From Phycisphaerales bacterium (GTDB lineage: Bacteria; Planctomycetota; Phycisphaerae; Phycisphaerales; SM1A02), in assembly GCA_009692015.1 (NCBI GenBank), contig SIAB01000001.1, forward strand, positions 1-58,690: DNA of 58,690 nucleotides, written 5' to 3'. The translations under genes and the position numbers were made by a program. The notes beneath the pieces were generated by a model. The model was not told the origin of the DNA. It did no database searches and saw nothing but the letters and a program-made list of their open reading frames with translations. Positions 9,583 to 19,288 of this stretch are shown here, piece by piece (within the stretch, counting starts at the first letter, position 1; the number at the start of each line of letters is the position of its first letter).

Positions 9583-11541
9583 TCAGGGAGCCGGCTGGGC
9601 TTGTGCCGCTGCCTTGTCAAGCGCCGCGACAACTTCCCCCGGCGTGTACGCATCGCTCTTGAGAACCTCCCGACCATTTGGGCCGCCATCGGGGGCGAGA
9701 ATGACGAGCAGTGGAATCGTCACCCGGTCATAGCTCTTCAGGAGCGCCCGACCTGCTTCATTGTTGCCAGTGAGATCGACCTTGATCGGTCGAATGCCAA
9801 GCGACTCGATCCGCTCGAGGACTGCAGCACTCTCAAGAACCGTCTTTTCAAGCGTCTTGCAGTTCAGACACCACTCCGCCGTGAAGTCGAGGAGCACTGC
9901 TTCATCGGCAGCGAGCGCAGCAGCCAGTCGCTCGGGTGTGTAGTAGATCCAATCGATTTCGCCCTCGTCGGTCAGTCGCAGACCGATCAGCGCGCTGATA
10001 CAGGCGATGACCGCGCCCAGCGTGCAGAACGCCGCTCGAAACTTGAAGCGCTTTGTGACCGCCAGCGTTCGAAGACTCAACCAGAGTCCGGCGATCGTCC
10101 CCAGTGCCGAGACGATCCACCAGTACTTGCTTGATGGCGGATCCGGCGGAACAACCAGCCATCCCGAAATGCCAGCACCAATGAAGTATGCGGCGGCGGC
10201 GAGAAGCAAGAGCCCCATCGCCTGTTTCACGAGATCACTTGCTGGACCGCTCTTGGGGACGTGGCGAACGAGTTGTGGAAACGCGCTCAGGATGAAGTAT
10301 GGCAGGGCCATCCCCACACCGATGGCGCCAAAGACGATGAGCACGATAAGCGGAGTTTGCGTCGCAGCCCACGCCGCGGCCGCTCCCATGAGTGGTGCCG
10401 TGCAGGGTGTCGACAAGACAGCCGTCATCACCCCGAAGCCAAGGGATCCGCCGATCGAGTCATGTCGAAAGTCGATTCCCGCGACCGACTGGGGGAGCGG
10501 GATCGTAAAGAATCCACACATGCCAGCAGCCATCAGCGCGATGATCACGCCGATAGAGACTGTGAAGAGCGGATACTGAAAGAGTTGGCTCGAACTTGTG
10601 AACCCGCTGATGAGCGCGACGGCGAGGCCCAGGGCGATCCAGAAGACGATGACTCCAAGTGAGAGGGCGGTGCCCAGAACCAGACAGCGGCGCCGATTTC
10701 CAGCCGAACGCGAGAGCCCCATGATCTTCAGTGGAATGACTGGCAGGACGCAGGGGGTGAAGTTGAGAAGCAGACCACCGAGTGCCGCGATCGCTAGCAG
10801 CAGAACAAATCCGCTTCCGTTGGGATCAATCGAAAAATGGAAGTCAAAGAAATCAAATGCCACCGCTTGCGATGGGCGAGTGCCACTGTGAATCGCCGCA
10901 AAGATCGCTGGATCGAATGTTGCGAAGATCGCCGGAGGCATGGAACTTTGCGCGCCCGGAGTGATCTTGATTTCGACTGGCAAATCGATTGTGGCTGGCG
11001 CAACGCAACTGGTTGCATCACAGGCTTGAAGCTCGATGCGAAGAGTGAGCCGTACCGTGCCGGCGGAGGCATTGGAAGCGACCGACATCGGTACGAAGAT
11101 GGCGGTCTCCCCCTCGAAAACAGCGTAACTCTGTGGTCCCTCGCCAAAATCTGGCTTGGCTAGATGAAAGTCAGGCCACTGCGCAAGCACGGGCGCGACC
11201 GCATCGGCCGGACTCGTCGCGAGCGCGGCAGTTCGATCGCTGTATGCCAACCGCAGCCCAACTGGAATGCTCGGCGCAGTGATCGCGGTGTGGACCGCGC
11301 CATCAAACTGGGCGACCGTCGCTGGAAGATCGCGCGCGTTTGTCCAAATGTGCCAACCACTCTTGATTTTCAGCACGATTGCGACGGGAAAATCAGCGCC
11401 CGGCGCGACATCGACCGCCGCCGCGACGACCCGCGCCTCGACAACCGAGGTCGAATCCGCAATCCCGCTCTGACCCCGCGCCGCCGCTGCGACCGCAAGA
11501 CTCAGAAGGAACGGCCACGCACGAATCGTCATTGAATGCAT
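9583..11541 (-). CDS. dsbD: Thiol:disulfide interchange protein DsbD (N-terminal DsbD-alpha, CcdA-like TM core, C-terminal thioredoxin)
   Basis: ELQACDATSCVAP in the alpha domain. The TM cysteines lie in NFTPCVLPVIP and STPCTAPLMG. The C-terminal thioredoxin motif is DFTAEWCLNCK. A signal peptide follows the ATG at 11541 (MHSMTIRAWPFLLSLAVAAAARG). Confidence 0.85.
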   Translation of the reverse strand: MHSMTIRAWPFLLSLAVAAAARGQSGIADSTSVVEARVVAAAVDVAPGADFPVAIVLKIKSGWHIWTNARDLPATVAQFDGAVHTAITAPSIPVGLRLAYSDRTAALATSPADAVAPVLAQWPDFHLAKPDFGEGPQSYAVFEGETAIFVPMSVASNASAGTVRLTLRIELQACDATSCVAPATIDLPVEIKITPGAQSSMPPAIFATFDPAIFAAIHSGTRPSQAVAFDFFDFHFSIDPNGSGFVLLLAIAALGGLLLNFTPCVLPVIPLKIMGLSRSAGNRRRCLVLGTALSLGVIVFWIALGLAVALISGFTSSSQLFQYPLFTVSIGVIIALMAAGMCGFFTIPLPQSVAGIDFRHDSIGGSLGFGVMTAVLSTPCTAPLMGAAAAWAATQTPLIVLIVFGAIGVGMALPYFILSAFPQLVRHVPKSGPASDLVKQAMGLLLLAAAAYFIGAGISGWLVVPPDPPSSKYWWIVSALGTIAGLWLSLRTLAVTKRFKFRAAFCTLGAVIACISALIGLRLTDEGEIDWIYYTPERLAAALAADEAVLLDFTAEWCLNCKTLEKTVLESAAVLERIESLGIRPIKVDLTGNNEAGRALLKSYDRVTIPLLVILAPDGGPNGREVLKSDAYTPGEVVAALDKAAAQAQPAP

Positions 11542-11577
11542 CCTACGGAGGTGATCACGATCAATCGAAAGAGGGGC

Positions 11578-11606
11578 TTGAAAAAAGCGGGTTCTTGCGC
11601 TATAAT
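11578..11606 (+). promoter_or_regulatory. Near-consensus sigma70-type promoter (TTGAAA, 17 nt spacer, TATAAT)
   Basis: -35 TTGAAA at 11578-11583. The spacer is exactly 17 nt. -10 TATAAT at 11601-11606. It lies in a locally AT-richer intergenic region upstream of nusA. Confidence 0.45.
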
Positions 11607-11836
11607 CGCCCCTCCTGCGGGGATGGCCTCCGCAGGTGCCCGTCCGTCCTTTGTCCGCCGCACTCTGAGAGTCCTTATGCAGACAGTCTTTATGGTTTTC
11701 TCTGCTTGTATCCGCACGGCTTCTCGAATCTGCGTATGACGCGTTTTTGCGTCCATCTGCAGGTTGTTTCGGCAAAGGCGATCGCATGCTCGGAGACCCG
11801 CATGGGTTGAACCGATTCTGCGAGCGCAGTCGGACG

Positions 11837-11876
11837 GGTCATGAACGCTACCGCGGCGCGCATGACCTTTTTTATT
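11837..11876 (+). terminator. Intrinsic-terminator-like hairpin plus U-tract, 30 nt upstream of the nusA start
   Basis: GGTCATG (11837-11843) pairs with CATGACC (11861-11867). An inner CGC/GCG extension is possible. TTTTTTATT follows at 11868-11876. Confidence 0.55.
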
Positions 11877-11905
11877 CGCGGTGACAATTTGAAAGGACTG
11901 ATCCC

Positions 11906-13237
11906 ATGAACGAAATTATCCGCCTGCTCGACTCGGTCGCCCGTGATCGAAACATCGACCGTGAACTCCTCGTCCAAGACCTTGAGCTGGCTATGGTCAG
12001 CGCGGCGCGCAAGCATTTCAATTCCGAAGATCCAGACGAGTTTGGCTGCGAAATCGATCGACTTGGTGGCGGTATCTCGCTCTGGCGCAACACTCCTGAG
12101 GGAACCCGCGAGACGATCGGCCTCGAGCGATTGGGTCGCATTCCGGCGCAAACAGCCAAGCAGGTGATGATCCAGCGGTTCCGCGAGAACGAGCGGGTAT
12201 CACTGCTGGAAGAATTCTCCAAGCGGCAGGGTGAGTTGGTCACCGGCGTCGCGCAGCGATACGAGGGCAATGCCCTCATCGTGCAATTGGAACGCACCGA
12301 AGGATTCATGCCCAAGAGCGAGCAGATTCCAGGCGAGCAATTCCAAGCTGGCGATCGCGTGCGCTGCATCCTGCTCGATGTCCGAGATGCAGGCAGCCAA
12401 GTCAAGATCGTGCTCAGCCGTGCCCATCCCGACTTCATCCGACGACTCTTCGAATCCGAAGTTCCCGAGGTTGCCGAGCGCACCATCGAGATCAAGGCGA
12501 TGTCGCGCGAGCCGGGCTTTCGCACCAAACTCGCGGTGTCATCTGTGGATTCCAAGGTGGATGCCGTGGGCGCATGCGTCGGTGTCCGTGGATCGCGCAT
12601 TCGCAACATCGTCGATGAACTCGGCGGCGAGAAGATTGACATCGTTCGTTGGAACGAGTCGAGCCAGGTGCTCATCTCCAACGCCCTCAAGCCTGCCGAA
12701 GTGGAAGAAGTGAGTTTGTGCTTCGAGCTCGGGCGCGCCACGATCATCGTGCGCGAGGATCAATTGTCGCTGGCGATCGGTCGCCGCGGGCAGAATGTGC
12801 GCCTCGCTGCCCGGTTGACCGGATGGGATGTCGACATTCTCACTCCACCCGAATTTGAGAAGGGTCTGCAAACGCTGCAAGCAGCGGTGAAGTCGGTCGA
12901 GGGTGCCACCGACGAAATGCTCGATCGCATGGGCGCGCTTGGCATGATCAGCGTCTTTGATGTCGAAGAAATCGGCGAAACCAGTCTGGTGAATGACTGC
13001 GGCATGGTCGAGGAATTGGCGGTCAAGGTCGTCGATGCCTGCAGCGACCGTGCCAAGATCGTTGCCGAAGAGATGCAGCGCGATCGCGCGGCTGCTGAAC
13101 TGCTGCAGGCCCAAGAGGGCGCGGTGGTGGATGCCCTCCTCGGCGGCAGATCGGACCCTGTGGTGGTGACCGATCAGCAGAGTGAGTCGGCGGCCGACAA
13201 CATTCTCGGTTCGGGATCATCTGGAGCAGGCAGTTGA
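11906..13237 (+). CDS. nusA: Transcription termination/antitermination factor NusA
   Basis: 443 aa. The S1 and KH domains are recognisable (VGACVGVRGSRIRNIVDELGGEKIDIVRW, AIGRRGQNVRLAARLTGWDVDI). AAAGGA RBS upstream of the ATG at 11906. Confidence 0.97.
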   Translation: MNEIIRLLDSVARDRNIDRELLVQDLELAMVSAARKHFNSEDPDEFGCEIDRLGGGISLWRNTPEGTRETIGLERLGRIPAQTAKQVMIQRFRENERVSLLEEFSKRQGELVTGVAQRYEGNALIVQLERTEGFMPKSEQIPGEQFQAGDRVRCILLDVRDAGSQVKIVLSRAHPDFIRRLFESEVPEVAERTIEIKAMSREPGFRTKLAVSSVDSKVDAVGACVGVRGSRIRNIVDELGGEKIDIVRWNESSQVLISNALKPAEVEEVSLCFELGRATIIVREDQLSLAIGRRGQNVRLAARLTGWDVDILTPPEFEKGLQTLQAAVKSVEGATDEMLDRMGALGMISVFDVEEIGETSLVNDCGMVEELAVKVVDACSDRAKIVAEEMQRDRAAAELLQAQEGAVVDALLGGRSDPVVVTDQQSESAADNILGSGSSGAGS

Positions 13238-13295
13238 ACCAGGCGTTTTCTCTTCGAGTCATTTCTGTTCTCAACCCATTTCCATCGGAGCAATC

Positions 13296-16013
13296 GTGGC
13301 GATAAAGACAGTTAAGAAAGTTCGGATCACACAGGTCGCAAAGGATCTCGGCGTGACCGCCAGAGACATCATTGAAAAGTGCGCCCGCGAAGGCGTTGAG
13401 GGTGTGACCGCCCCAACGGCATCCATCACCATGGGATTGGCTGAGACGATCAAGGAGTGGTTCGGGGGCAGTACGGGACCTTCATCGGCGACCGAGACAG
13501 CCCAGCGTGTCGATGTCACCGAAGTTCGCAAGCGCGCCCAAGCCTTGGCGCCCAAGCGCAAGAAGCAGGGTGATGCGCCAGTCGTCGAGATGCCGGTCGT
13601 TCTAACGCCACCGCGCCCGGTTGAGGCGCCCATCACGACGGCCGTGAGTGCGCCGGCGCCACTTCCACTCGAGACCCTGCGTGCGCGACCGATCGAATTG
13701 GTCGAAATCGTTGCGCCGCGACCTCTTGCGCCGGTGACTGCGGTGAAGGCTCCACTTCCGATCGCGCCAACCAAGGCAGTTGCGCCAGCGCGACCAGTGC
13801 CGCCAGTCGTTCCAGTGGTTCCCGCCCGAATGAATGTCCCGACCCGTCCCGTACGCGCGAACACCACGGGCGTAAAAATGGATCAGCCGACCAAGACCAC
13901 GCTGGCCGGTCCAAAGGTCATTCGCGTGGACGCACCCGACAGCGTGCCGGCGCCCCGACCGCCGAGTGGGGTTCGTTCTTTCTCGCGACCAGGAGTCACG
14001 GGAGGACCGCGCGGGGGAGCAGGTGTCGGTGACAAGCGCCGTCCAACGGATCCTGGTCGCAGCGGTCGCTCTGGAGGCATGCCGAGCGAGGGATTCCGAT
14101 CGAAAGATATCGCGGAGCGCACCAGTGCCATCGACGGCGCAACGGGCTTCTTCAAGAGGCACCGACCGCGGGTGGATCGACCTGGGCACGGTTCTCAACA
14201 ACGCCAACCGATCGTCAAACCGCAGGGTCCAGTGCGTGTGCCAGATCCGGTCTCGCTCAAGGAACTCTCTGCACTGACCGGAGTCAAAGTCACCGAATTG
14301 ATCAAGAAGTCGCTGCTCGCTGGCAACCAGATCACCATCAATTCGGCGCTCACCGGCGACCAAGTTGTCGAATTGATGATGGAGTTCAACATCGAAGTCG
14401 AAACCACTGCGGCGGTTACCGCAACGGATGCGATCGAAGAGCGGTTCGCCAAACGGATACGCATCGAGGAGCGATCGCGCTCGCCGGTTGTGACGATTCT
14501 CGGCCATGTCGATCACGGCAAGACCACGCTCCTCGATCGAATTCGCAGCACCAAGGTCGCTGCGGGCGAAGCGGGTGGGATCACCCAATCGACCCGTACC
14601 TTCCAGGTCGCCGTTGAGACGGGCGGGGAGAAGCGATCGATCACTTTCATCGACACCCCGGGTCACGAGGCATTTACCGCTATGCGCGCGCGCGGCGCGC
14701 GGGTCACCGACATCGTGGTGCTAGTCATCGATGCGGTGGATGGCGTCATGCCGCAAACCGTCGAGAGCATCAACCACATCAAGGCTGCGAATGTGGCTGT
14801 CATCGTGGCACTCAACAAGATTGATCGCCCGGAATTTGATGAGAAGAATCTGAATCGGATTTACGGAGAGCTGGCTGGCAACGGGCTCAATCCGATCCCG
14901 TGGGGAGGCGATGTCGAAGTCAAACTCGTCAGCGGTCTCAAGGGCACCGGTCTTCCGGAGCTGCTCGAGAGCATCGCAGCGCAAGCCTACGTGCTCGATT
15001 TGAAGGCAGATTGGGGCGGGTTTGCCCAGGGCACGGTGCTCGAAGCGCGCATGGAAGAGGGTCGCGGATCTGTTGCCCAACTTCTGGTGCAAGAGGGTGT
15101 TCTCAAGCAAGGCGACTATGTGGTTGTGGGTCGTGCCTTCGGTCGCGTTCGCGATCTCGTGAGCGACGCGGGTGTACGGATCAAGAGCGCCGAACCAACG
15201 GTTCCGGTTGCGATCTCGGGTATCGACTTGCTCCCCGATGCGGGCGACAAGTTTTATGTGGTCGACAGCCTCGCCGCGGCCGAGAAGGCCGCCGTGGAAC
15301 GGCGCGCCTCTGAACGCGAACGCGGACTCTCGGCACCCAAGGTCACACTCGACAACGTTTTCGAGGCGATCGCGCAGTCGAAGAAGAAGGAACTGCCGCT
15401 GATCGTGAAGGGCGATGTGCAGGGTTCGGTTGAGACGCTCAAGGTCGTGCTGGGACGGATCAAAGCCGAGGATGTCAGCATCTCGATCAAACACGCCGGG
15501 GTTGGCGGAGTGAACGAGAGCGATGTTGAGTTGGCAGCCACCACCGGGGCAGTCATCGTGGGATTCAATGTCACCAGCAACGCCAAGTCGCGCCAGCTTG
15601 CAGAAGTTCGCAGGGTCGACATCCGACTCTATGAAGTGATCTATCAATTGACCGATGACATGGAAAAGGCAGTGCGTGGACTTCTGGAGCCCGAGGTTCG
15701 GCTGCAGGTTCTCGGCCACGCCGATGTTCGCGCCGTGTTCAAGATCACCAAGGTCGGGGCAATTGCCGGCTGCTATGTCACCGATGGCGTGGTCGAACGC
15801 AACGCCCAGATCCGTGTCACCCGCGACGGCATCGTGGTCGAGAAAGATCGTCGCCTCGAACAACTCAAGCGCTTCAAGGAGGATGCCAAGGAAGTGCGCG
15901 CTGGAAATGAGTGCGGAATGAAGATCAGCGGGTACGACGACATCCGCGCCGGTGATGTGCTCGAGTGCTATCGCACCATCACCGTCCGTCCGCTTGGGGG
16001 GGGAAATGCGTGA
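13296..16013 (+). CDS. infB: Translation initiation factor IF-2
   Basis: G-domain motifs [20 protein letters not shown] and NKID. Pro-rich N-terminal region. Start chosen as the GTG at 13296, preceded by GGAG (13287-13290). The longer ORF from 13182 would overlap nusA. Confidence 0.95.
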   Translation: MAIKTVKKVRITQVAKDLGVTARDIIEKCAREGVEGVTAPTASITMGLAETIKEWFGGSTGPSSATETAQRVDVTEVRKRAQALAPKRKKQGDAPVVEMPVVLTPPRPVEAPITTAVSAPAPLPLETLRARPIELVEIVAPRPLAPVTAVKAPLPIAPTKAVAPARPVPPVVPVVPARMNVPTRPVRANTTGVKMDQPTKTTLAGPKVIRVDAPDSVPAPRPPSGVRSFSRPGVTGGPRGGAGVGDKRRPTDPGRSGRSGGMPSEGFRSKDIAERTSAIDGATGFFKRHRPRVDRPGHGSQQRQPIVKPQGPVRVPDPVSLKELSALTGVKVTELIKKSLLAGNQITINSALTGDQVVELMMEFNIEVETTAAVTATDAIEERFAKRIRIEERSRSPVVTILGHVDHGKTTLLDRIRSTKVAAGEAGGITQSTRTFQVAVETGGEKRSITFIDTPGHEAFTAMRARGARVTDIVVLVIDAVDGVMPQTVESINHIKAANVAVIVALNKIDRPEFDEKNLNRIYGELAGNGLNPIPWGGDVEVKLVSGLKGTGLPELLESIAAQAYVLDLKADWGGFAQGTVLEARMEEGRGSVAQLLVQEGVLKQGDYVVVGRAFGRVRDLVSDAGVRIKSAEPTVPVAISGIDLLPDAGDKFYVVDSLAAAEKAAVERRASERERGLSAPKVTLDNVFEAIAQSKKKELPLIVKGDVQGSVETLKVVLGRIKAEDVSISIKHAGVGGVNESDVELAATTGAVIVGFNVTSNAKSRQLAEVRRVDIRLYEVIYQLTDDMEKAVRGLLEPEVRLQVLGHADVRAVFKITKVGAIAGCYVTDGVVERNAQIRVTRDGIVVEKDRRLEQLKRFKEDAKEVRAGNECGMKISGYDDIRAGDVLECYRTITVRPLGGGNA

Positions 16014-16398
16014 GCAGCGATCCAAGGGACCGCGACTCCCGCCTGGGATATCTTTTGCGGCTGATGGAAGTGCCCGCGAAACCGCGCCAAGCTCGCGACC
16101 GGCGCAGGTCGCCAGCGTCCTGCAGCGGGCACTGCAGGATCGAATCGTGCGTGGACTCTCCGATCCGCGACTGCAGGGGATGGTTTCCATTCTCGAGGTG
16201 CGGATGAGCCCAGACTTGCTCAAGGCGACAGTCAAGGTCTCGGTGCTCCCGCGCGACCGCGGTCCACTCTCGCTCGCGGCACTCAGGAGTGCTGTTGGAT
16301 TCTTTCGATCATCGCTTCGCGAAACAACAAGCTTGCGGCGTGTGCCGCATATCTCATTTGAATTGATCACCCCCCCCGAAGAGGCCGTCCGTGACTGA
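16006..16398 (+). CDS. rbfA: Ribosome-binding factor A
   Basis: VASVLQRALQDRIVRGLSDPRL...VSILEVRMSPDLLKATVKVSVL...LRRVPHISFELI matches the RbfA pattern. The ATG at 16006 lies inside the last codons of infB, after a G8 run. Confidence 0.9.
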   Translation: MREQRSKGPRLPPGISFAADGSARETAPSSRPAQVASVLQRALQDRIVRGLSDPRLQGMVSILEVRMSPDLLKATVKVSVLPRDRGPLSLAALRSAVGFFRSSLRETTSLRRVPHISFELITPPEEAVRD

Positions 16399-17131
16399 CA
16401 AGAAACCAGTATTCAATATCAATCGTCTGAATTCGCTGGTCAAGAAGTACAGCGCCCGAGCCCGCACCGCGGAGCCCAATGTCGCTGACCTCGTGGCACT
16501 CTTCATCCATTCGTCGCTCCTCTACGACGCCACCATCGAGATGGCGGATGCTGCAATGCAACGGGTACGAAGTCGCAATGTGGACTTCAACGAGTTTCGG
16601 GTCAACCTCGTGGAAGAAATGGTCACCACAGTTGGCGTGAAGTATCCCGATGCATTTGAGCGCATGCGCAAGATGCGGATGACGCTCTTTGATCTCTATC
16701 GCCGACACCATCGGGTGAGTCTTGAGCAACTCGTCGGAAAGCCAAAGCGCGATGTTCGAACCTACCTCGAGAACCTTGAGGGCATGCCGACCTATGTTGT
16801 TTCGCGCTGCATGCTGCTGGCGTTCGATGTGGCGCTCGTGCCCATCGATCAGACCATCATCGATCTGCTCACCCACTATGAGGTGCTCACCGAACCGATC
16901 AAGCCGAGCGCGTTGACCGAAGTCTTCGCCAAGAAATTCAAGAGCGATCGATCCCGAGAAATTCACTTCGCGCTCTCTGCCGCTGTCGATGCCTTTCACG
17001 TTTCTGGCAAGGCGGAGATCGCCCGCAAAGCACGCGAGGCGATCAAGGAGCCCCGCGGTGCCGCGGCGGCTTCGGTGGCGAAGGCCAAGGGCAAGCCTTT
17101 GAAGTCCAAAGTCGCGGCCAAGGGTCACTGA
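16391..17131 (+). CDS. Hypothetical protein, HhH-GPD (endonuclease III-like) fold suspected, with Lys/Ala-rich basic C-terminal tail
   Basis: 246 aa. The GTG start overlaps the rbfA stop by 8 nt. LVALFIHSSLLYDAT and LENLEGMPTYVVSRCMLLAFDVALVPIDQTIIDLL follow EndoIII-like spacing. The tail is AKAKGKPLKSKVAAKGH. The gene is very likely real; the function is uncertain. Confidence 0.5.
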   Translation: MTDKKPVFNINRLNSLVKKYSARARTAEPNVADLVALFIHSSLLYDATIEMADAAMQRVRSRNVDFNEFRVNLVEEMVTTVGVKYPDAFERMRKMRMTLFDLYRRHHRVSLEQLVGKPKRDVRTYLENLEGMPTYVVSRCMLLAFDVALVPIDQTIIDLLTHYEVLTEPIKPSALTEVFAKKFKSDRSREIHFALSAAVDAFHVSGKAEIARKAREAIKEPRGAAAASVAKAKGKPLKSKVAAKGH

Positions 17132-17166
17132 CCGCTCTGGGTGGTTGACTTCCTGAGGAACCGCGC

Positions 17167-17892
17167 ATGGCTGGACACAGTGCATGGAAGAACATCAAGC
17201 GCCGCAAGGCAGTGGTGGATGCCAAGCGCGGCAAGGTCTGGTCAAAAGTGGGTCGGGCCATCAGCGTTGCGGCACGGGCCGGTGGGGGCGATGTCCGATT
17301 CAACGCTGGGTTGCGACTGGCGATCGAAGATGCCAAGGCTGCCAACATGCCGCGCGATACGATTGAGAAGGCCGTCAAGAAGGGGGCTGGTGGACTCGAC
17401 GGCGAGACCTTTCACACGATTCGATATGAGGGATATGGTGCCGGTGGGGTGGCGGTCATCGTGGAGTGCCTCACTTCGAATCTCAACCGAACCGCTGGGG
17501 ACATCCGAGTCATATTCGACAAGAACGGCGGCAATTTGGGGGTGCCTGGGTCGGTCGCGTTCGGATTTCAGTTGCTCGGCGTGCTCATGGTCGATGCTGC
17601 GGTGATCGGCGAAGAGCAAGTCATGGATGCCGTGGTCGCAGCTGGTGGCGATGATGTGACCCGCGAGGATGAATCGTGGCAGATCACCTGCGCACCGGGA
17701 GCAGTCACGGCGGTGAGTGATGCACTCGAAGCCCGCCAGGCCGCCCCAACCGAGACGCAGGTGATGTGGGTACCGTCCACGACTGTTGAAGTGGAGGGTG
17801 AGCGTGCCGCACTGGTCACCCGTTTGATCGAAGCTCTTGAGGAAAACGACGATGTGCAGAAAGTCTTTTCGAATGCAGTCTTCGGCGATTGA
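17167..17892 (+). CDS. yebC: YebC/PmpR-family DNA-binding transcriptional regulator
   Basis: MAGHSAWKNIKRRKAVVDAKRGKVWSK...YEGYG... is the canonical YebC/TACO1 N-terminus. Confidence 0.93.
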   Translation: MAGHSAWKNIKRRKAVVDAKRGKVWSKVGRAISVAARAGGGDVRFNAGLRLAIEDAKAANMPRDTIEKAVKKGAGGLDGETFHTIRYEGYGAGGVAVIVECLTSNLNRTAGDIRVIFDKNGGNLGVPGSVAFGFQLLGVLMVDAAVIGEEQVMDAVVAAGGDDVTREDESWQITCAPGAVTAVSDALEARQAAPTETQVMWVPSTTVEVEGERAALVTRLIEALEENDDVQKVFSNAVFGD

Positions 17893-18469
17893 GGCGCTGG
17901 TGCGCACCGCCGCGAAATTCGCGGTGGCGGTTTCCTGTGCCCTCGCCTTTGGTTGCTCAACGACCACGCGCGACTATCCCGGCGTCTCGCGCGATGCGCT
18001 CTGGCAGGCGACGGTGGCTGCCGCGAAGCATCCCAAGTACACCGATTGGTTCGTGGTCGAAAACGGCGTTTTTGTCGACGAGCCCGCGGGACGCATCGAG
18101 GTCTACCGCGAGTTGAAGCGCGATTACACCCCGCTGGGATCAACGCTCGAACGGCAAAGCGAGACTTGGACCTTTTCGATTCGCGTTGAAACGGAAGACA
18201 GTGTGCCGACTGTGCAACTCAACGCGCGGGCCGCGCTGCGGAGTCCAAATTTCTGGAAGCAGTGCGATCACTTCTTTGGTGAGATCGATTCGCGCTTGGC
18301 GCAGTTGCCCGCGGCGCAGGGAGCGGGTGCACTGGTGACGGCTGCGCCACAGCGGGCGCCGAGCAAGAATGGATTGGAATCACCCGCTGCGATGGATTCG
18401 CCGAGTCGCGAGCCGCCCGCCGAGGAGTTACAGCCTCCAAGTGCCCACGACCCTTTGACCGCGCCCTGA
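17873..18469 (+). CDS. Putative lipoprotein (hypothetical)
   Basis: Signal peptide with lipobox (AVAVSCALAFGC|S) after the ATG at 17873. Pro-rich C-terminal tail. It overlaps the yebC 3' end by 20 nt. Confidence 0.55.
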   Translation: MQSSAIEALVRTAAKFAVAVSCALAFGCSTTTRDYPGVSRDALWQATVAAAKHPKYTDWFVVENGVFVDEPAGRIEVYRELKRDYTPLGSTLERQSETWTFSIRVETEDSVPTVQLNARAALRSPNFWKQCDHFFGEIDSRLAQLPAAQGAGALVTAAPQRAPSKNGLESPAAMDSPSREPPAEELQPPSAHDPLTAP

Positions 18470-18490
18470 ACTTCACGCACCAATCTCGTC

Positions 18491-19264
18491 TCACGAACCG
18501 AGTCCGGCCGATCGCAGCGCCTTGCGCGCGACCGCCGCGATGATCATCATGGCGATCAGGAGTGCCCCGAAGCCGATCGCCACGCCGATCCAACCCTTTT
18601 CGACGACCAGTTGTTGAATGTCACGCGCTCCGGTCGAAGCGGCCGTGGCAGCGGCGGTGCAGGTGATGATGGTGCGGGGGAGCATCCCTATTGCAGTGCC
18701 AGCGAGCAGGGGAACTGGGTGAACTCCGGCCGCACCCATCGCCAGATTGGCGATCGCGAATGGCGAGTTGGGTGGCAGGCGCAGCAGGAGAATCAAGAGG
18801 AATGTGCGTCGTTGACTCGACTCGACCAGCGCCTTGCGAATGACTGCGCCCTTTGGGTACTTGTCGACCAGCGCCACGATCGCCCCGCCGCTCACGAATC
18901 GGGCGAGGAAGAATCCAATGGCAGCGCCGCCCATCAACCCGCACATCGCCGCGGTTGAGCCTGTCGTTGCGCCGAAGACCCATCCGCCGAGAATTGCTTG
19001 GGCGTATGTGGGGAGCAGTCCGAGTCCTGATGTGACCGCGAACACAGCAATAAAAATGGCGAGACCATCTTCTGGTCGCTCCCGCAGCCAGTCGCCCACG
19101 GGACCGAGTTGTGCGATCAACCAGAAGCCCATCAGCGGTGGCAGGGTGATCCAAAGCGCCCCGATCACGAAGACAGCTTTCTGCCGCCACGGGGCAAGCT
19201 GATGGAGGAGGCTGGGCACTGCGGATTGATCGTTCAGGCGCATCGTTGGCTCGGTCGGTGCCAT
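18491..19264 (-). CDS. TVP38/TMEM64 (DedA-related) family membrane protein
   Basis: Multi-pass membrane protein. LLPTYAQAILGGWVFG...GAAIGFFLARF...LLLRLPPNSPFAIANLAMG are typical of the SNARE-associated/TVP38 family. Confidence 0.75.
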   Translation of the reverse strand: MAPTEPTMRLNDQSAVPSLLHQLAPWRQKAVFVIGALWITLPPLMGFWLIAQLGPVGDWLRERPEDGLAIFIAVFAVTSGLGLLPTYAQAILGGWVFGATTGSTAAMCGLMGGAAIGFFLARFVSGGAIVALVDKYPKGAVIRKALVESSQRRTFLLILLLRLPPNSPFAIANLAMGAAGVHPVPLLAGTAIGMLPRTIITCTAAATAASTGARDIQQLVVEKGWIGVAIGFGALLIAMMIIAAVARKALRSAGLGS

Positions 19265-19288
19265 GGGGGTTGATTGTTGGGCGCGACT

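Noticed and set aside
11379-11810. ORFs of 143 aa (11379-11810, +) and 67 aa (11536-11739, +) in the region upstream of nusA, considered as a possible rimP.
   Set aside because: Neither resembles RimP. They are Arg/Pro-rich or low-complexity, and the first overlaps the dsbD 5' end. The region is better explained as non-coding leader or sRNA.
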